From positions 14,260,001-14,324,000 of the forward strand of contig JBHGNT010000010.1 of the NCBI GenBank assembly GCA_043228905.1: DNA of 64,000 nucleotides, read 5' to 3'. A program made the position numbers and the translations under genes. Of this stretch, positions 11,495 to 25,389 are shown one piece after another; position 1 is the first letter of the stretch, and the number at the start of each line of letters is the position of its first letter. The stretch is from Azolla caroliniana. Its lineage: Eukaryota > Plantae > Polypodiophyta. The notes beneath the pieces are model-generated. The model was not told the origin of the DNA. It saw nothing but the letters and a program-made list of their open reading frames with translations, and did no database searches.

Positions 11495-14400
11495 GCGTAT
11501 TGTGCATATACAAGCTCTCCATTAAACCTGCATATTCTCGGTGTTCGGTTTTCTACTTGCTTCTGCAAGCTATTCTTTCTACATGGTATCACAGCACGAG
11601 GGTTGAGAACCTCAGCAGCCGACATAGCTTGAAAAGAAAAAACCAACCAAGAAGAACAGGTAAAACCGATGGATAGAGGCATGGCTAGCTCACTTCCGAC
11701 AGAGAAGCTCGATAGAAACAACTACGCATCTTGGTCCTACAAGATGCACCAGTACCTGCTTGGGCATGGTTACTGGAGCTATGTCAACGGAGCAAATGAC
11801 ACAACACTCGAATCGACACACAGAGATTTCTTGGCGTGGGAATAGTCGGCGAGTAGAGTATTGTACTGCTTCGCGTCTTGTGTGGGCGAACAACTCCTAA
11901 GCTACATTCATGATGGGAAAATGCCGAAAGATGCTTGGGGAAATTTGAAGAAGATTTTCGCTGCAAGCACTACAACCAGGAAGCTTCAACTCCGACAGGA
12001 GCTGAGCAACCTATGATAACGCGACTTGTCAGTGCCCGATTACACCTCGAAGATCAAAGATATATGTGACTCTTTAGCCTCCATCGATGTGAACGTCGAG
12101 GAAGGCTAGATGGTGCAGATCTGTGTCAGGGGACTAGCATCAAAGTTCGGAGCATTCCGAACTGCTGTGTGTACATGGGAGAATACGCCGTCGTTTTCCA
12201 ACTTATAGTCGATGCTCCTTATAGAGGAGAACCACGCGGGTGCGCCGAAGAGCACGCATGCCGACAGCAAGATGTTGTACACGAAGGGAGATAGGACCCG
12301 TGGTCGTGGCGGACGAGGCGAGTCAGTGCGCAATGGAGGCGGCCGACGGGATCAAGGACGAAGGCACCAAAGTGATGCCGACAACAATTCCAGACCCTCC
12401 GGAAATAGGGGGAGTCGAGGCGACGAGAACCGGCAAGGGAAATCCATTGCGGAATGCTAGTATTGTGGCAAGAAAGGCCACAAGGAGAGCAAGTGTTGGA
12501 AGAAGAGTGCTGATTCAAAGAGGACCGGATCCAGATCAGGCTCCAAACAAACTGACAAAGAAAATCAGCAGTGATCGCACTACGCCGCAGGGTCCGGAAA
12601 AGCCGGAAAAGGGTCTGCCTTCATGACGAGACACGAAGCCAACTTGATTAAGAAGATCAACCCGAAGTCGGATGAGGTGTGGTACGTCGACTCTGGCGCG
12701 TCAAACCACATGACGTGCCACAAGGAGTGGTTCTCGTACCTAGAAAAACCGATGCAACCGAGAGTAGTTGCAACCAGAGACAACACTCCGCATCCGATCG
12801 CGAATGTCGGTGAAGTTCCCTTGAGCCATGTCGGGCAGAAAGGGAAACTTATGAACGTGTTACATGTCGTGACCATCACGAAGAATCTGGTGTCGGTCGG
12901 GCAGATCGTCGACCAGGGGATGCAAGTCCGGTTCACGCATCTCGGGTGCTTCATCGAGGAAGAAGGTTGAGTTATTGCGCAAGGGCGTAGAGACGAGAGG
13001 ATGTTTATCCTCGACTCTAGTGACGGTGGCACCGCAATGTTTGCGAAAGGACAAAAAGTTGAGTCGGATATCGAGTTATGGCACAAGCGGATAGGCCACA
13101 TCAACTATCAATGGCTTCAAGACCTGCAATCAAAGCAAGTGTTGTTCGGACTGCCCAAATTTAGTGGCCGGAAGGCACAAATTTGTGAAGCCTGCCAGCT
13201 AGGGAAGCAACACCGACTTCCCTTCTCTAACGAGCATAACCGGAGCCAGAACAAGCTCGACTTGATACATTTCGATGTATGGGGGCCGGCATAGAACGTC
13301 AGTGTTGGCAGGAGTCGATATTTTGTCTCCTTCATCGACGACTATACGTAGCACACGTGGATCTACCTCATCGAGAAGAAGAGTGAAGTCTTCGACTGTT
13401 TCCGAAACCTCAAAGGGTTCGTGGAAACAGAAACAAGACGAAAGATCAAGTGCTTGTAGTCAGATGACGGAAAAGAATACTTTTCCGGTCAATTCAACGG
13501 CTATCTGCAACATATGGGAATTAGGCGCGAATTCATTTGTAGATACACGCCGGAGCAAAACGGCGTGGCCGAGAGGAAAAACCAAGTACATGGCACATCA
13601 CTATGCGTACAGGACACGTGTAGCGGAAGTGTGTGAGCGAGAGAGCTACGCAGAAGCAGTGAAGGACGGGAATTGGCGTGCCGCAATGGAGGAAGAGATG
13701 CGCGCATTAGCGGAGAATGAAATCTGGGACTTGGTTGACGCACCGAAGGGTGTGAAGCCGATCGGATGCAGGTGGGTGTAAAAAGTCAAGTACAACATTG
13801 ACGGCTCGGTCAACCGATACAAGGCCCAGTTAGTAGCGAATGGCTACACGCAAAAACACGGCATCGACTACGATGAGACATTTGCGCCGGTCACGAAGAT
13901 GACGACCGTCCATGTCTTGCTTGCGGTCGCAGCGGCAAAGGGGTGGCATTTACATCAGATGGATGTAAGAAATGTGTTCCTGCAAGGTGAGCTTGAGGAA
14001 CAGGTGTACATGGTACAGCCCCCCGGCTTTCACTCCGGAACGAACACTTCGGCGGTGTGCCGATTGAAGAAGTCCCTTTACGGACTAAAGCAAGCCCCGC
14101 GTGCCTGGAACGCGAAGATCACGCAATGATTGCGTCGGATGGCCTTTGTGACGTCAAAATCGAACTCCTCGTTGTTCATCCGTAAAGGTCAACTCGGGCC
14201 GGTTAGTATTTTACTTTATGTTGATGACTTGGTCATCACCGGCGCCGACCTAGGTGAGATAGACCGCGTTAGGCTCCAGCTTGCGGCATCATTCGACATG
14301 AAGGATCTAGGGGACCTTCATTACTTCTTCGGGATCGAATTGATCCGTACCCCCGAAGGCATCTTGATCGGCCAACGTTATTACGTGCTGAATATGCTCT

Positions 14401-16079
14401 TCAAATTCGGGATGGCTAAGTGTAAGTCCGTCTCAACTCCTCTGGATAGAACCGTCAAGCTTCGCCCCGATTCCAGAAGGGTATGCGACCCGACGAGGTT
14501 CCTACAGATAGTCGGAAGCCTTATATACTTGACCATCACCCGACCAGATCTCAGCTACCCGGTCAGGGTGATCAGTCAAGTCATGGCGTGACCGACCAAG
14601 GAGCACCTTCAGTGCGCACAACACGTACTCGGGTACTTCAATGGCACTAAGGACCAGGCGGTACTATATCGGGTTGATATTGCCGCGTAGTTGGTCGGTT
14701 ACACCGATGCTGACTGGGCCGGAAACGTCGACGATCGCCAATCCACATTTGGTTTCGCGTTCTCTCTCGGGAGTGCCGCGATCACGTGGAGTAGCAAGAA
14801 GCAACCGACAGTTGCGTTGTCGAGCACCGAAGCCGAGTATAGAGGAGTGGTTGTCGCGACATGCGAAGCCATATGGTTGAAGTGGCTACTTAAGGATCTG
14901 CAGGTGGAGGTATCTGATCCAACGCCAATCTACTACGACAACCTCAACAGCATCCAGCTAGCTAAGAACCCCGTCTTCCACGCCCGGACTAAGCACATTG
15001 AAGTGCACTACCATTTCGTCCGTGAGCGTGTCCTCCGGTGAAGTCAAACTTCAGTATGTTCCGACGGATCGCCAAAACGCCGACATCTTCACCAAGCCTC
15101 TTGGTCTAGACAAGTTGCGGCAATTCTCGGGTGCGCTTGGATTGCGTCACCTCGACGTGTCAAACTTGAGGGGGAGAGACGTCCCGAATGACCACGGAAG
15201 AGGGAGAGAAGTTCCGGATGACGAAGACCACGACGCCGAGTCGGATGACGATTTCGATTTCGGATCGGCTGAAGAAGTCGAGGGCGGACCCGCGAAAGAG
15301 CCGAAGCCAACCAAAGGCGAGAAGATCGAAGACGAGTTGGAGACAGCCAACTCGGACGAAAGTGAAAACCGATCGGAGGAAGCCGAGTCAGTTCGGATGT
15401 TTGATTCGGATACGCTGAGTCAACCGAGGCCAAGCGGAAGAGAAGGCACCAGAAGAAGCACCAACACCGCAACAACAAGGAAACTGAGAAGGGCCGTGTA
15501 AGCAGACAAGCCGACCGGAAGGGTCGAGGCGCGCGGAATCGAACAGGTCGAGGAGCGTGAAGCCAGAAGGAACCAGAGCGTAGATCCGAAAGAGCAAATG
15601 GAACCTTAAGTTGAGCTTGAGGGGGAGTGTTGAGATACAAGCTCAACGTTGGCCGGATCGGCTGTACAAGCTAAGAACCGGATCGGTTGGGATCGATCGG
15701 TTAGGCCAGACCGGTGCGAAAACCGGATGCGTAAACCAGTGCGCAGACTAGCACGCAACGAGAAGCCGTAGCGGTACGAAAACCGTGAGGCCGTTGGGAA
15801 GATATTCCGCGTAGGGATATATTTTAAGAGTTAGTGTAGAGCTCACTTATGAGCATTGAAGTACGTGTTAGTACTTCTGTCAATCCGTATGGACTTGTAT
15901 AAAAGTGCTCACTGAGCACATTCTATGTACAGATTGAGTATTATTTTGAATTGAGTTTTTTTGTGTGTTCTCTGTCTCTCTGTCTCTCCCGCGTACTGTG
16001 CATATACAAGCTCTCCATTAAACCTGCATATTCTCGGTGTTCGGTTTTCTACTTGCTTCCGCAAGCTATTCTTTCTACA
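11124..16079 (+). mobile_element. Ty1/copia family B, both LTRs present, internal deletion in integrase
   Basis: LTRs 11124-11583 and 15628-16079. PBS TGGTATCACAGC at 11584 (tRNA-iMet type). PPT ~15619-15627. TSD TGTTC/TGGTC. gag (TEKLDRNNYASW), protease WYVDSGASNHM, GAG-pre-integrase, RT, RNase H. Integrase jumps to pre-RT sequence at ~13585. Many stops. Confidence 0.95.
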
Positions 16080-16583
16080 TGGTCCATGTTGACCTACGAA
16101 AGTCATAAAGCATAGAAGCATATGCATCTGATTTTGTAGTACGAAAGTTTTTATCACAAATAGTTGTAATAACCAAGATCATTAATCCTAAAATAAAGAT
16201 AAAAATGACACAATCATACTGAAAATACGCGTTACCAGCCATCCACCCCCGCGCCAAAGTCGACAGCGCAAACAAGGAATTCCAATTTCTCCCATACCAA
16301 CCAAGATCTCCACGTCAAGACCTTGGTAGATGACCAGTCCACATCAAAGAGAGCTTCGTCTGAACCACTCATGGGGCCTCCCCCTTAACTAAGGAGAGTC
16401 TCCCCTATTTATAGGACCTAGGCCATGTAATGACATCTACCTGACCAATCATGTGCGGGGTACCTTATGACACACATTAGGTCAATCCAATAAAGCCGAC
16501 GACTCAGATATTACAGTATGATAGCCCCCAAATAGGCACGTCTAAAACAATGAACATTACATACTCCCCCCCTCCGTTTAATT

Positions 16584-19500
16584 TCACTCTTGCAATGGGA
16601 AGTTAGGAAAATGTTTGCGTAATGTCTCTTCAGTTTCCCACATGCAGTCTTCTTCCAATCTATCCTTCCACTTAACCTTATAGCGATGAACAACCTTTGA
16701 CCTTAGGTTTCTAGACCTATGGTCAAGGATTTTCTCGGGTTCATGTGGAGCAAAATGATCATCCTCCAATGTCGATAAATTAGACAGTGTTACAACATTA
16801 TCATCATAACCAATCGCCTCCTTTAATCGACCCACGTGGAATACAGGATGAACCATAACATTGGAAGGCAAATCCAAATGATAAGCATTGGGACCTATAC
16901 GTTTTAAAACTTTATATGGTCCACAATACCGTGGGGCTAATTTTGCACACGGTCCTGTTCTCAATGTTTCTGAGTCCTTAGGAACCCGTAGAAAAACTTG
17001 TTGTCCTACGTGAAATTCCCTCGGTTTTCTATCATGATTCACATAAAAGACATTTCTGTCTCGTGCCATCTTAAGGTTTATTTTTGCCAATTTACGTGCT
17101 TCAAGCATATCAGAGAGAAAATCCTTTGTACTATCCAGAGTATGCGAATCAAACGAAACATCAATAGGAGGATGTGGCGTATAACCATACATCAACATGA
17201 ACGGGCTGTATTTTGTTGATGTATGCTTAGCGTTGTTGTAGGCAAATTCCACCATAGGAAGGTAAGTCTCCCATAATGAGGGTTTTTGCGCTACATATGC
17301 TCTCAACATATCCTCTAATATCTGATTCACTCTCTCAGTCTGCCCATCTGACTAAGGATGATCAGAAGAACTAAGACTCAAAGTTGTTTGCAATTTCTGC
17401 ATAACTTCTGGCCAAAATGTACTTGTAAACTTGGAGTCTCGATCACTTACAATCTCCATCGATAGACCATATAAGCTATAAAGATGTTTAATAAAGTTAA
17501 TAGCCAATTTCTTTGCAGTAATTGTGGATTTCGTTGGAATGAATCTTGCCATCTTGGTAAGCCGATCAACAACCACCCAAATGGCAATATTTCCCTCCAT
17601 GGAATGAGGTAATCCAACTATGAAATCCATGCATATACTTTGCCACTTTTCAACTGGAATATCAAGAGGTTGCGATAAGCCAACTTTTTTCTGTCGCTCG
17701 GCCTTAATGACTTGACAATGTGGACAACGAATAATATAGGACTCTACCTCAGGTTTCATTTTTGGCCAAAAAAACCTAGCTTTAATCAAAGCTAATGTTC
17801 TTTGCACACCTGGATGTCCTTTACATGTCCAGCAGAAGGGGCATCATGACATTCATATAGAATTTTATTCTTGATGTCCTTTACATGTGGTATGCAAACC
17901 TTACTATTGCGGTACAATAACCCATTCGCAACATAGTAAAGGTTCTTCGGGGTAGATGTGGTTCCAATATCGACGTCAATACCTGTTTCAGCTCTCTTCC
18001 AGAACTTCGAAAATGTTCTATCATCAAGGTATTTTTGTTTACCCCGGATCAAATCAAATAAGTCGTTGTTAAATTCCACGAAACTTAGGGCATTAATTCC
18101 TGGAATATGACTCAGGGCATCTGCAATGGAATTCAAAGCCCCTTTTCGATATCTAATTTTGAAATCAAAGTCTTGCATCAACTCTGCCCATCTTGCCTTT
18201 CGACCCTCAAAATTCTTTTGAGAGAGGAAGTATTGCAAGGATTTGCGATCCGTTAAAACAACAAATTTACTACCATACAAATAATGCCGCCATTTCTTGA
18301 AGGTGTAAATGATAGCAAATAATTCTTTTTCTTGAACCAAGTAATTTCTTTGGGCCGAATCCAATTTTTTTCTTTCAAAAGCAATCGGTCTCCCAATTTG
18401 AAATAATGCAGCCCCAATAGCATAATCACTTGCATCCGTCTCAACTTCAAATGTTTGATTAGGATCAGGTATAGCTAAAGTAGGTGCATTCACAATTAAC
18501 GACTTCAACTTATTGAAGGTTTCTTCAAGAGAGGCATTCCACTCAATAGGTTTAGTGGACTTTCTTGCAATACCCTTCAACAGGTCCGTAAATGGTGTAG
18601 TGTAGGATGAATAGTTTTGAAGAGATCTTCTTAGAAATCCAACAAATCCTAAGAAAGATCGTAGCTCCTTAACATTTGAAGGTCGTGGCCAATTTAATAC
18701 CGCTTCTATCTTAGATTTATCGATAGACACACCCGACCTAGATATGTGGTGTCCAATATACATGATTTCCTTTTGAAAGAAATCACATTTAGATAGTTTG
18801 GCAAATAGCTTGTATTCACGAAGCTTGTCCAAAACTATTCGGACATGACGCACATGATCGTCAAATATATTACTATATACCATGATGTCATCAAGGAATA
18901 CGACCACGAAATCACCAACCTGATCTCTGAATATATCATTCATCAATTGTTGGAATGTGGTTGGAGCATCGGTCAACCCAAATGGTAGAACCCGAAACTC
19001 ATAATGACCATAACAGGTTCGGAAAACTGTTTTGGAAACATCTTCTTCCGAAACCCTAATCTGATGATAGCCAGTGCGCAAGTCTATCTTAGTAAAATAT
19101 CTTGCACTTTGGAGTCTATCTATCAAGTCATCAGAACGAGGCAAACGGTATGAATTGCAAATGGTGAGTTTATTCAAACCTTTGTAATTCACACACATTC
19201 GCCAAGTTCCATCCTTCTTCTTGGCTAAGATGACAGGAGCTCCCCATGGCGATTTACTATACTGGATGTGTCCCATCCTCAAGTACTCCTTGATTTGTCG
19301 GGCAATTTCATACTCTTCAGTTCGACTCAACCGATATGGGGGTATGCTCACAGGTTTAGCGCCTGGAACCAAGTTTATCTTATTATCTATAGACCGAGAA
19401 GGAGGTAGTCCTTGAGGTAATTTATTCGGGAATATCTCCTTAAAATTCAACAAGATGTCACGTGGAGCATCTTTCTCAAAATCATCCAATGAACTCTTAT

Positions 19501-20053
19501 CTATAAATTGATACAGAGAATCATTGGGCTCTAATATACACGCATAAAATTGTGCATCAACGTTTCAATCATAAGCATAAAGATGATTACCAGACATTAA
19601 ATTGTTTATCGCAATCCCATGAATAAAAACTTGTTGGTTGTTATTTCCTTCAAAAGAAATAGTATGATTCGGCCAATCAATATAAAGACTATGTCTATTA
19701 TAAAACCATATGTAACCAAGAACTACATCTACCGTTCGCAAACGCATTACATGAAAAGTCAACTTTTCAATGTCGTTATTTATTACTAGGGGTACACCAT
19801 GTGCAATTAATGAATGCCTTTGAACATGGCCTCCCGCAGTAAGGACTTTGTAGTCGTGGTCACTTTTGGTTGTTTTTATTCGTAACATCTGCACCATATT
19901 AGAGTCAAGAAAATTATGAGTGCTACCACAGTCAAATAGTATAGTTACACTATGATTGTGGATAGTCCCATAAGTTTTAAGTAAATCGTGCAGTCCAAGA
20001 ATATTTTTTTGTAATGCAATAGAACTAATGGAATTCAAATAATTCAAGAACAT
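16584..20053 (-). pseudogene. pol (PR-RT-RNase H-INT-chromodomain) of the chromovirus, broken into 4 ORFs
   Basis: ORFs 19565..20053, 17792..19489, 17352..17807, 16584..17330 in gypsy domain order. Confidence 0.9.
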
Positions 20054-21120
20054 ACTTGGATTATTGGAAGTTGATGGCTTTCTTTGCGGATTGTTGGACT
20101 TACCGCTCTCCTTTCTCCGCCTACACTCGTTGGCTTTTGCCCATGCTTCTTAGAAAAGTTGCAGATTATTACCCGCCTTTTCACATTGTCGCCTTGACCT
20201 ATCGGAGAAGGTTGGTATCTACGTTTACCGCTTTCTCCTTCCGACTCTTTTGGTTGGTAACGAGCTTTTGTGTCAAACAGAATGCGGGCACGTTCCATCG
20301 CTTCTCCCAAGGTCTTGGGTTGATGAGCGTGGATCTCATAATGAAAATCTTTATTATGGAAACTATTAATATATAATCCTATCAGTATTTCCTCATTAGA
20401 TGCCGACAAAAGTCCATGCTTTGTTATCATGTCGCGGAAATACTGAATGAATTGGTCAATAGTCCTACCCTTATCAGATAAGTGACACATATCTTGTATC
20501 ACTTGAGAAGTTGTCTTGGGACGGACAAATTCCATCCTGAGAGTCTTTTCAAATACCTCCCACGTTCCCAGTTTTCTATCCAACTGCTCCCACCATGAGT
20601 TTGCGGCACCGATTACCTCACGAACCGCCATATCGATCTTTTCAGAGTCATTCTGAATATTCTCAAGACGAAAGTGAGCATTCCATCGGTTTATCCAACT
20701 ACTCACAAACTCGTGGTTGTGTTGCTTATCCTTTCCCGAGAACTGTTGAGGAGTAAATGAAGGCTTCTTTGTATTGCTTGATGTGGAAGTGTGTGCCTTT
20801 AGCTCCAAAATTTGTTGTTGAAGGTTTTCAAACTGATGCCTATTGGCATCAAGAAGCCCTTCAAGTTTGGAGGAGGACGCAGTTGTGACCATTGTCATTG
20901 ACTTGACAATATCATCTTGTGTTTTACGAAAATCATCCCTCATGACAAATTCGATATCGTCGTTAATATCTTCGTCACAGACCGGAGATATTGGTCGGTC
21001 GTCCTCATCTCGCATAGGAGAAATTGGATGACCTTGACGGGTGGGAGATGTGGGATGTGTTAAAAAAATACGATGGTTGGGAGATGTGTGATGTGCGGAA
21101 TTACGAGAGGAGGAAGCCAT
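20044..21120 (-). CDS. gag of the chromovirus (frameshifted near the zinc knuckle)
   Basis: 358-aa ORF with retrotransposon gag features (PQQFSG, A..WWEQ, W..FEKTLRMEF, PKTLGEAMERA). Confidence 0.8.
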   Translation of the reverse strand: MASSSRNSAHHTSPNHRIFLTHPTSPTRQGHPISPMRDEDDRPISPVCDEDINDDIEFVMRDDFRKTQDDIVKSMTMVTTASSSKLEGLLDANRHQFENLQQQILELKAHTSTSSNTKKPSFTPQQFSGKDKQHNHEFVSSWINRWNAHFRLENIQNDSEKIDMAVREVIGAANSWWEQLDRKLGTWEVFEKTLRMEFVRPKTTSQVIQDMCHLSDKGRTIDQFIQYFRDMITKHGLLSASNEEILIGLYINSFHNKDFHYEIHAHQPKTLGEAMERARILFDTKARYQPKESEGESGKRRYQPSPIGQGDNVKRRVIICNFSKKHGQKPTSVGGERRAVSPTIRKESHQLPIIQVCS

Positions 21121-24100
21121 GAAAAATAAGGAGAGTTGAGAGAGGAAGGAAATAAGTATACTAAAGTACTAAAGTATTATAAGACTTTAGAATTTGGGTG
21201 AGGGAGTAAAATATGATATATTATCATGAGAGGTAATACTTATATACCTTTTTAAATTCAAGTCGGTGAGGATAAAAGACCCCCTCTATGATATATCCCA
21301 TTTAGGAAATTATCCCCTTTTTATCTATTTTGATTCCTAGATTAGGCATTAGGAAATTAGACCCCCCTTTTTAGGAAGTCGGTGATGTGTAGTCGGTCAC
21401 CACCTTTCTCAAGATAATCCCTCAAATTCTTCCAAACTAGGAAATTCTCCTTTTTTAGTTAAAGAAAATTCCTAGTTTAGGTTTTACGAATAAACATCCC
21501 CCCTTTTTGGACGTCGATGGGAATAGCTTGTGATTTCCACGAGAATCACTGCTAACAAACAGGAGTGATGATCAAAACATCCCTTCAATCATCATTCCCC
21601 TATTCTTCCCATCCATCTCAGAGTCATGCTTCCCTCTTAGAGAACTAATTTTTTCCCTTTATCTCTCTCCTTTACATCGATTAATAATTGATGATGATCT
21701 TATTCCTATAATCCTATAATCATCCTCATAATCAACCATATATCACCCATATAATCCATCCATAAACGCTAATGATCTATTGTTTATCCATCCATCATCA
21801 CGTAATCAAAATGCACCCTTGGTAATGGATGATTATGGCCATTCGAATAAACCTTAAGGTCGATGATCAATTGATTATCGCCAATCAACGATCATCACCC
21901 TAGTTCTATCGGCCAATTTTAATTAAATTGATTATGAATGATCATTATCCATATATATGATGATCATCAATTATTTCCTCGAAAATTCGACAATCAAGCA
22001 TCACCTATGGTATATTAGGTGCCCGACCTCTAGAGTTACGATTTCCACACATAAGGCCGCTTCATGGGCATAGCCATTAGATCAAGAGGGGTATACGAAA
22101 AATAAAATATAAATATATTTATGGTGAATTTATTTGAATAATTATATATTAAATATCTAAACGTATTAAAACAAACATATAATAATAACAACACTTTTAT
22201 AAAACTTTTTTAACCCGTTGATTATATTTATTTATATGCGCATCAGTGGATTGAACTCATAGCCTTTACTTTTAAGGTTAGAACAAGAATATACTAACCA
22301 ACCCATCACACAAATCTTGTTGTGATAAGGTAACCTTAATATATTCATTATACATAACCCCCTACAATATACCGCACATCAACATATCACTCCCACACGG
22401 AAGTGACGTTTTCGACACTTCCCCAATCCATCATTTAACATACATTAGTACGTAAAAATAAAAAAAAACATATTTTCTCGTCCTAAAGCACATAACGCGA
22501 ATCCAATCAAACATTATTATTTTAGGATTAAAACCGCTCTGATACCATATGTAATAACCAAGATCATTAATCCTAAAATAAAGATATAAATGACACAATC
22601 ATACTGAAAATACGTGATACCACCCATCCGCCCCCGCGCAAGAGTCGACAGCGTAGACGAGGAATCTTGATCTGTCCCATACCAGCCAGGATCTCCATGT
22701 CAGGACCTTGGTAGATGACTAGTTCACATCAAAGAGAGCTTCGTCTGAACGACTCATGGGGCCTCCCCCTTAACTAAGGATAGTCTCCCCTATTTATAGG
22801 ACCTAGGCCATGTAATGACATCTACCTGACCAATCATGTGGGGGGTACCCTATGACACACATTAGGTCAATCCAATAAAGCCAACGACTCAGATATTATA
22901 GTATGATAGCCCCCAAATAAGCACGTCTAAAACAATGAACATTACAATGGCGCATGATGAGAAATTGCATCCAATTGCATTTCATTCAAAAAAGTTTGAA
23001 CCTACGATGATCAAAAGAACCTCACATAGATTCAAAATGCCTGAGTCCTATTGACGACAAGATCAGTGTACACAATTTCTGCCATGGTTCAACCTCATGA
23101 TAACATATCGACCATGAATACAACAAGTTAAAGTTGATGCCTTCTTGCAATGCTCTAATTCTATGCTAAAACTAGGGGACCTAACTTATGATCATCAAGA
23201 ACAAGTCTTTTTGAGCCCAAGCTGTCTACGATTAATGGTAACAAATATTTTTGAGACACCTTTAGCTTCAAGATTTCTTGATTCTATTTGTTGATTTTGC
23301 ACAAGATATTTTGGAGCACATCGTTCCAAATCGTGCGTCTTGTAGACGCTCCAAGTTTTCTCATATAGATTATGGGAACTTTAGTTGGCATGATGGATTG
23401 CTTTTTCGAAACAATTGCATTTACATTCCCAATGAACTTCTCGACCCCAAGGCTTGTAGTACTGCCATGATTCACCATTGCTTGGACATTTTGGAGGTGT
23501 GAAAACATTGGAGCTAGTTACTCGAAACCACTGGTGATCGAAGGTTCATCAATTTGTTATGGACTATGTTTCTACATGTGATCTATGTTTTCGATCAAAG
23601 ATTAATGGACATCAACCATATGGTTTGTTGCAATCATTGCCCATTCCAGTAGGTCTATAGAAATCCATTTCTATGGATTTCATCATAGATCTCCCACCTT
23701 CAAAAGGTTATGATGTTATTCTTATAGTGGTTGATCATTTTATGAAGATGACACATTTTCTTCCATTTAGAACAACTTTTACTAGTTAGGAAAAGACATT
23801 TCTTATGCAAGAAGTTTTCAAGCATCATTGCCTTCTAGATGAAATCATTAGTGATCGTGTGCTTGAGATTCCCGGAGTTTATCATAAACTCTCCTCAAGT
23901 TTTCATCCTCAAATCAATGGTCAAATTGAAGGCACAAACCAAACATTAGAGCAATGTCACCGTTACTTTCTAAACTATCAAAAAGATGATTGGATGGATT
24001 TCTTACATACGGTAGAGTTTCTTACAATAATTCAATCCATTGGATACACTTCATTATTTGCAAACATAGGATGCCATCCTCATTAGATGATGCTTGAATA

Positions 24101-25389
24101 TCCAAAAGTCTCAAACAATCCTACTGTTGAGGATTATCTAGATCAATTCGTACACATTCAAGCCAAAAAATTTGACCATTTGCTTCATGCTCAAAAGATA
24201 GTGATCATGTATGACTATTAGGCGATTTGACAAGTTGGAATTCCAACGTCTAGGTTCATTTCTTTGGGCAAGTCAACAAATTTGCATTTCGTTTAGAACT
24301 ACCTTCACATATGCATCTTAGTCTAGTATTTCATGTTTCATTGTCAAAGCCACGAACATCAAGTTCTATCCCAAACCGGGTTGTTCCACCACCACCTCAA
24401 ATTCAACTTGCCAAAGGACCAAAATATGAGGTATAAGCTACCACCAATGTGGTTTCTAATCTTTAATTCTTATATTGGAACCCCCAAGTACACTATTACC
24501 TAAAGTCTAAACATGGTTTATAGTTGTTAGAGAAAATTACATTTTTACGTTACCCAACCTCAAGCCTCGTCATGACTATGATGCACAATAATGAGCAACC
24601 TCATGTCCAATCTAACATCAACCCTCTTTTACATAGTAGGCCCGTCACATGGTTACTTCAAAACAAATGCCTTTCATAATGATGGTGTCACGGCTTTCCC
24701 ATAATCACGTAACAGGTGTAGGATATTGGATGGTTGTTTTGTAAGGGTGACCTAATGTGAAGAGGATCAAGCCTTTAGCCCCCCTAAAATGGATGAGGAA
24801 TACGTGCATGACCATGTCTAATTTGTAATACACATACATTACCGTGTTCGTTCATATTTAGTTGTTACATATGACATGATAACAAAAGTTTTGTAAAACG
24901 ATTAGTCATTACAACCTTTGATTTTCCCCATGAAACTGTGAAGACAACCAACACAAACCAAAACCCCAAAAAATACATCATGCAACATGAACATATCAAG
25001 ATCATGCACTTGATTCCTCAAATGTACGTTACATGTTTACAACATGTATAAGATGAGATAGGTATGAAAATGAGGCACATAGGTTCATCCTGATTCCTCA
25101 TGTCATGCACATGCAAAAAGAACTGCACCTCTAAAATATAGATAGATAGTCATTTAAGTGACAACACTCGTTCACATCAAATATTTATAAAAATGTGTTT
25201 GTAACTCATCTTGACCATATAAAATCTCTTTTCATTCCCTCTCTTTTTCTCATAAGATTTGGCTACATAAACACAATTACATTAGTTTTCCATTGAGGGC
25301 TCAAATAAAAAGTAGAACTCAATAGTTTTCCATTTAATTACAAATATATGATTCCACAAGTATAAAATATCTACTTTTAATTGACCATT

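Larger units (their letters stand above)
16165..22946 (-). mobile_element. Full-length chromovirus-type Ty3/gypsy LTR retrotransposon
   Basis: 397-bp LTRs 16165-16561 and 22550-22946 (TGTAAT...ATTACA). PBS TGGTATCAGAGC (22536-22547). PPT 16562-16574. Degenerate TSD ATAGT/ATGGC. gag 20044..21120, protease LFDCGSTHNF 19565..20053, RT-RNase H (FLDD) 17792..19489, integrase 17352..17807, GPY/F plus chromodomain (EKILDHR..YKVKWK..MWE) 16584..17330. Confidence 0.96.
10350..24440 (+). mobile_element. Degenerate Tcn1-like Ty3/gypsy (RT 10350-11123, linker 16080-16164, RNase H/integrase/chromodomain start 22947-24440), split by two younger insertions
   Basis: EWKVVFCTRYGHFEYTV, YLDDILI, FTSTLILV|HVD across the copia insertion, LSQ|..DEKLHPIAFHSKKF across the gypsy insertion, SISMDFI.DLP, SSFHPQINGQ.E..NQTLEQ, PNRVVPPPP..KYEV. 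Confidence 0.8.

Noticed and set aside
11584-11595. tRNA gene fragments (also 22536, 53761, 61859)
   Set aside because: These are 12-nt primer-binding sites complementary to the tRNA-iMet 3' end, not tRNA genes.
15089-15646. Antisense ORFs starting in the LTR (MSLYLNTPPQAQL...; also 5488..5952, 51379..51603, 58322..58525)
   Set aside because: They start at TTG rather than ATG, lengths and frames differ between copies, and they are best explained as shadows of the GC-rich sense-strand extension and hairpin.
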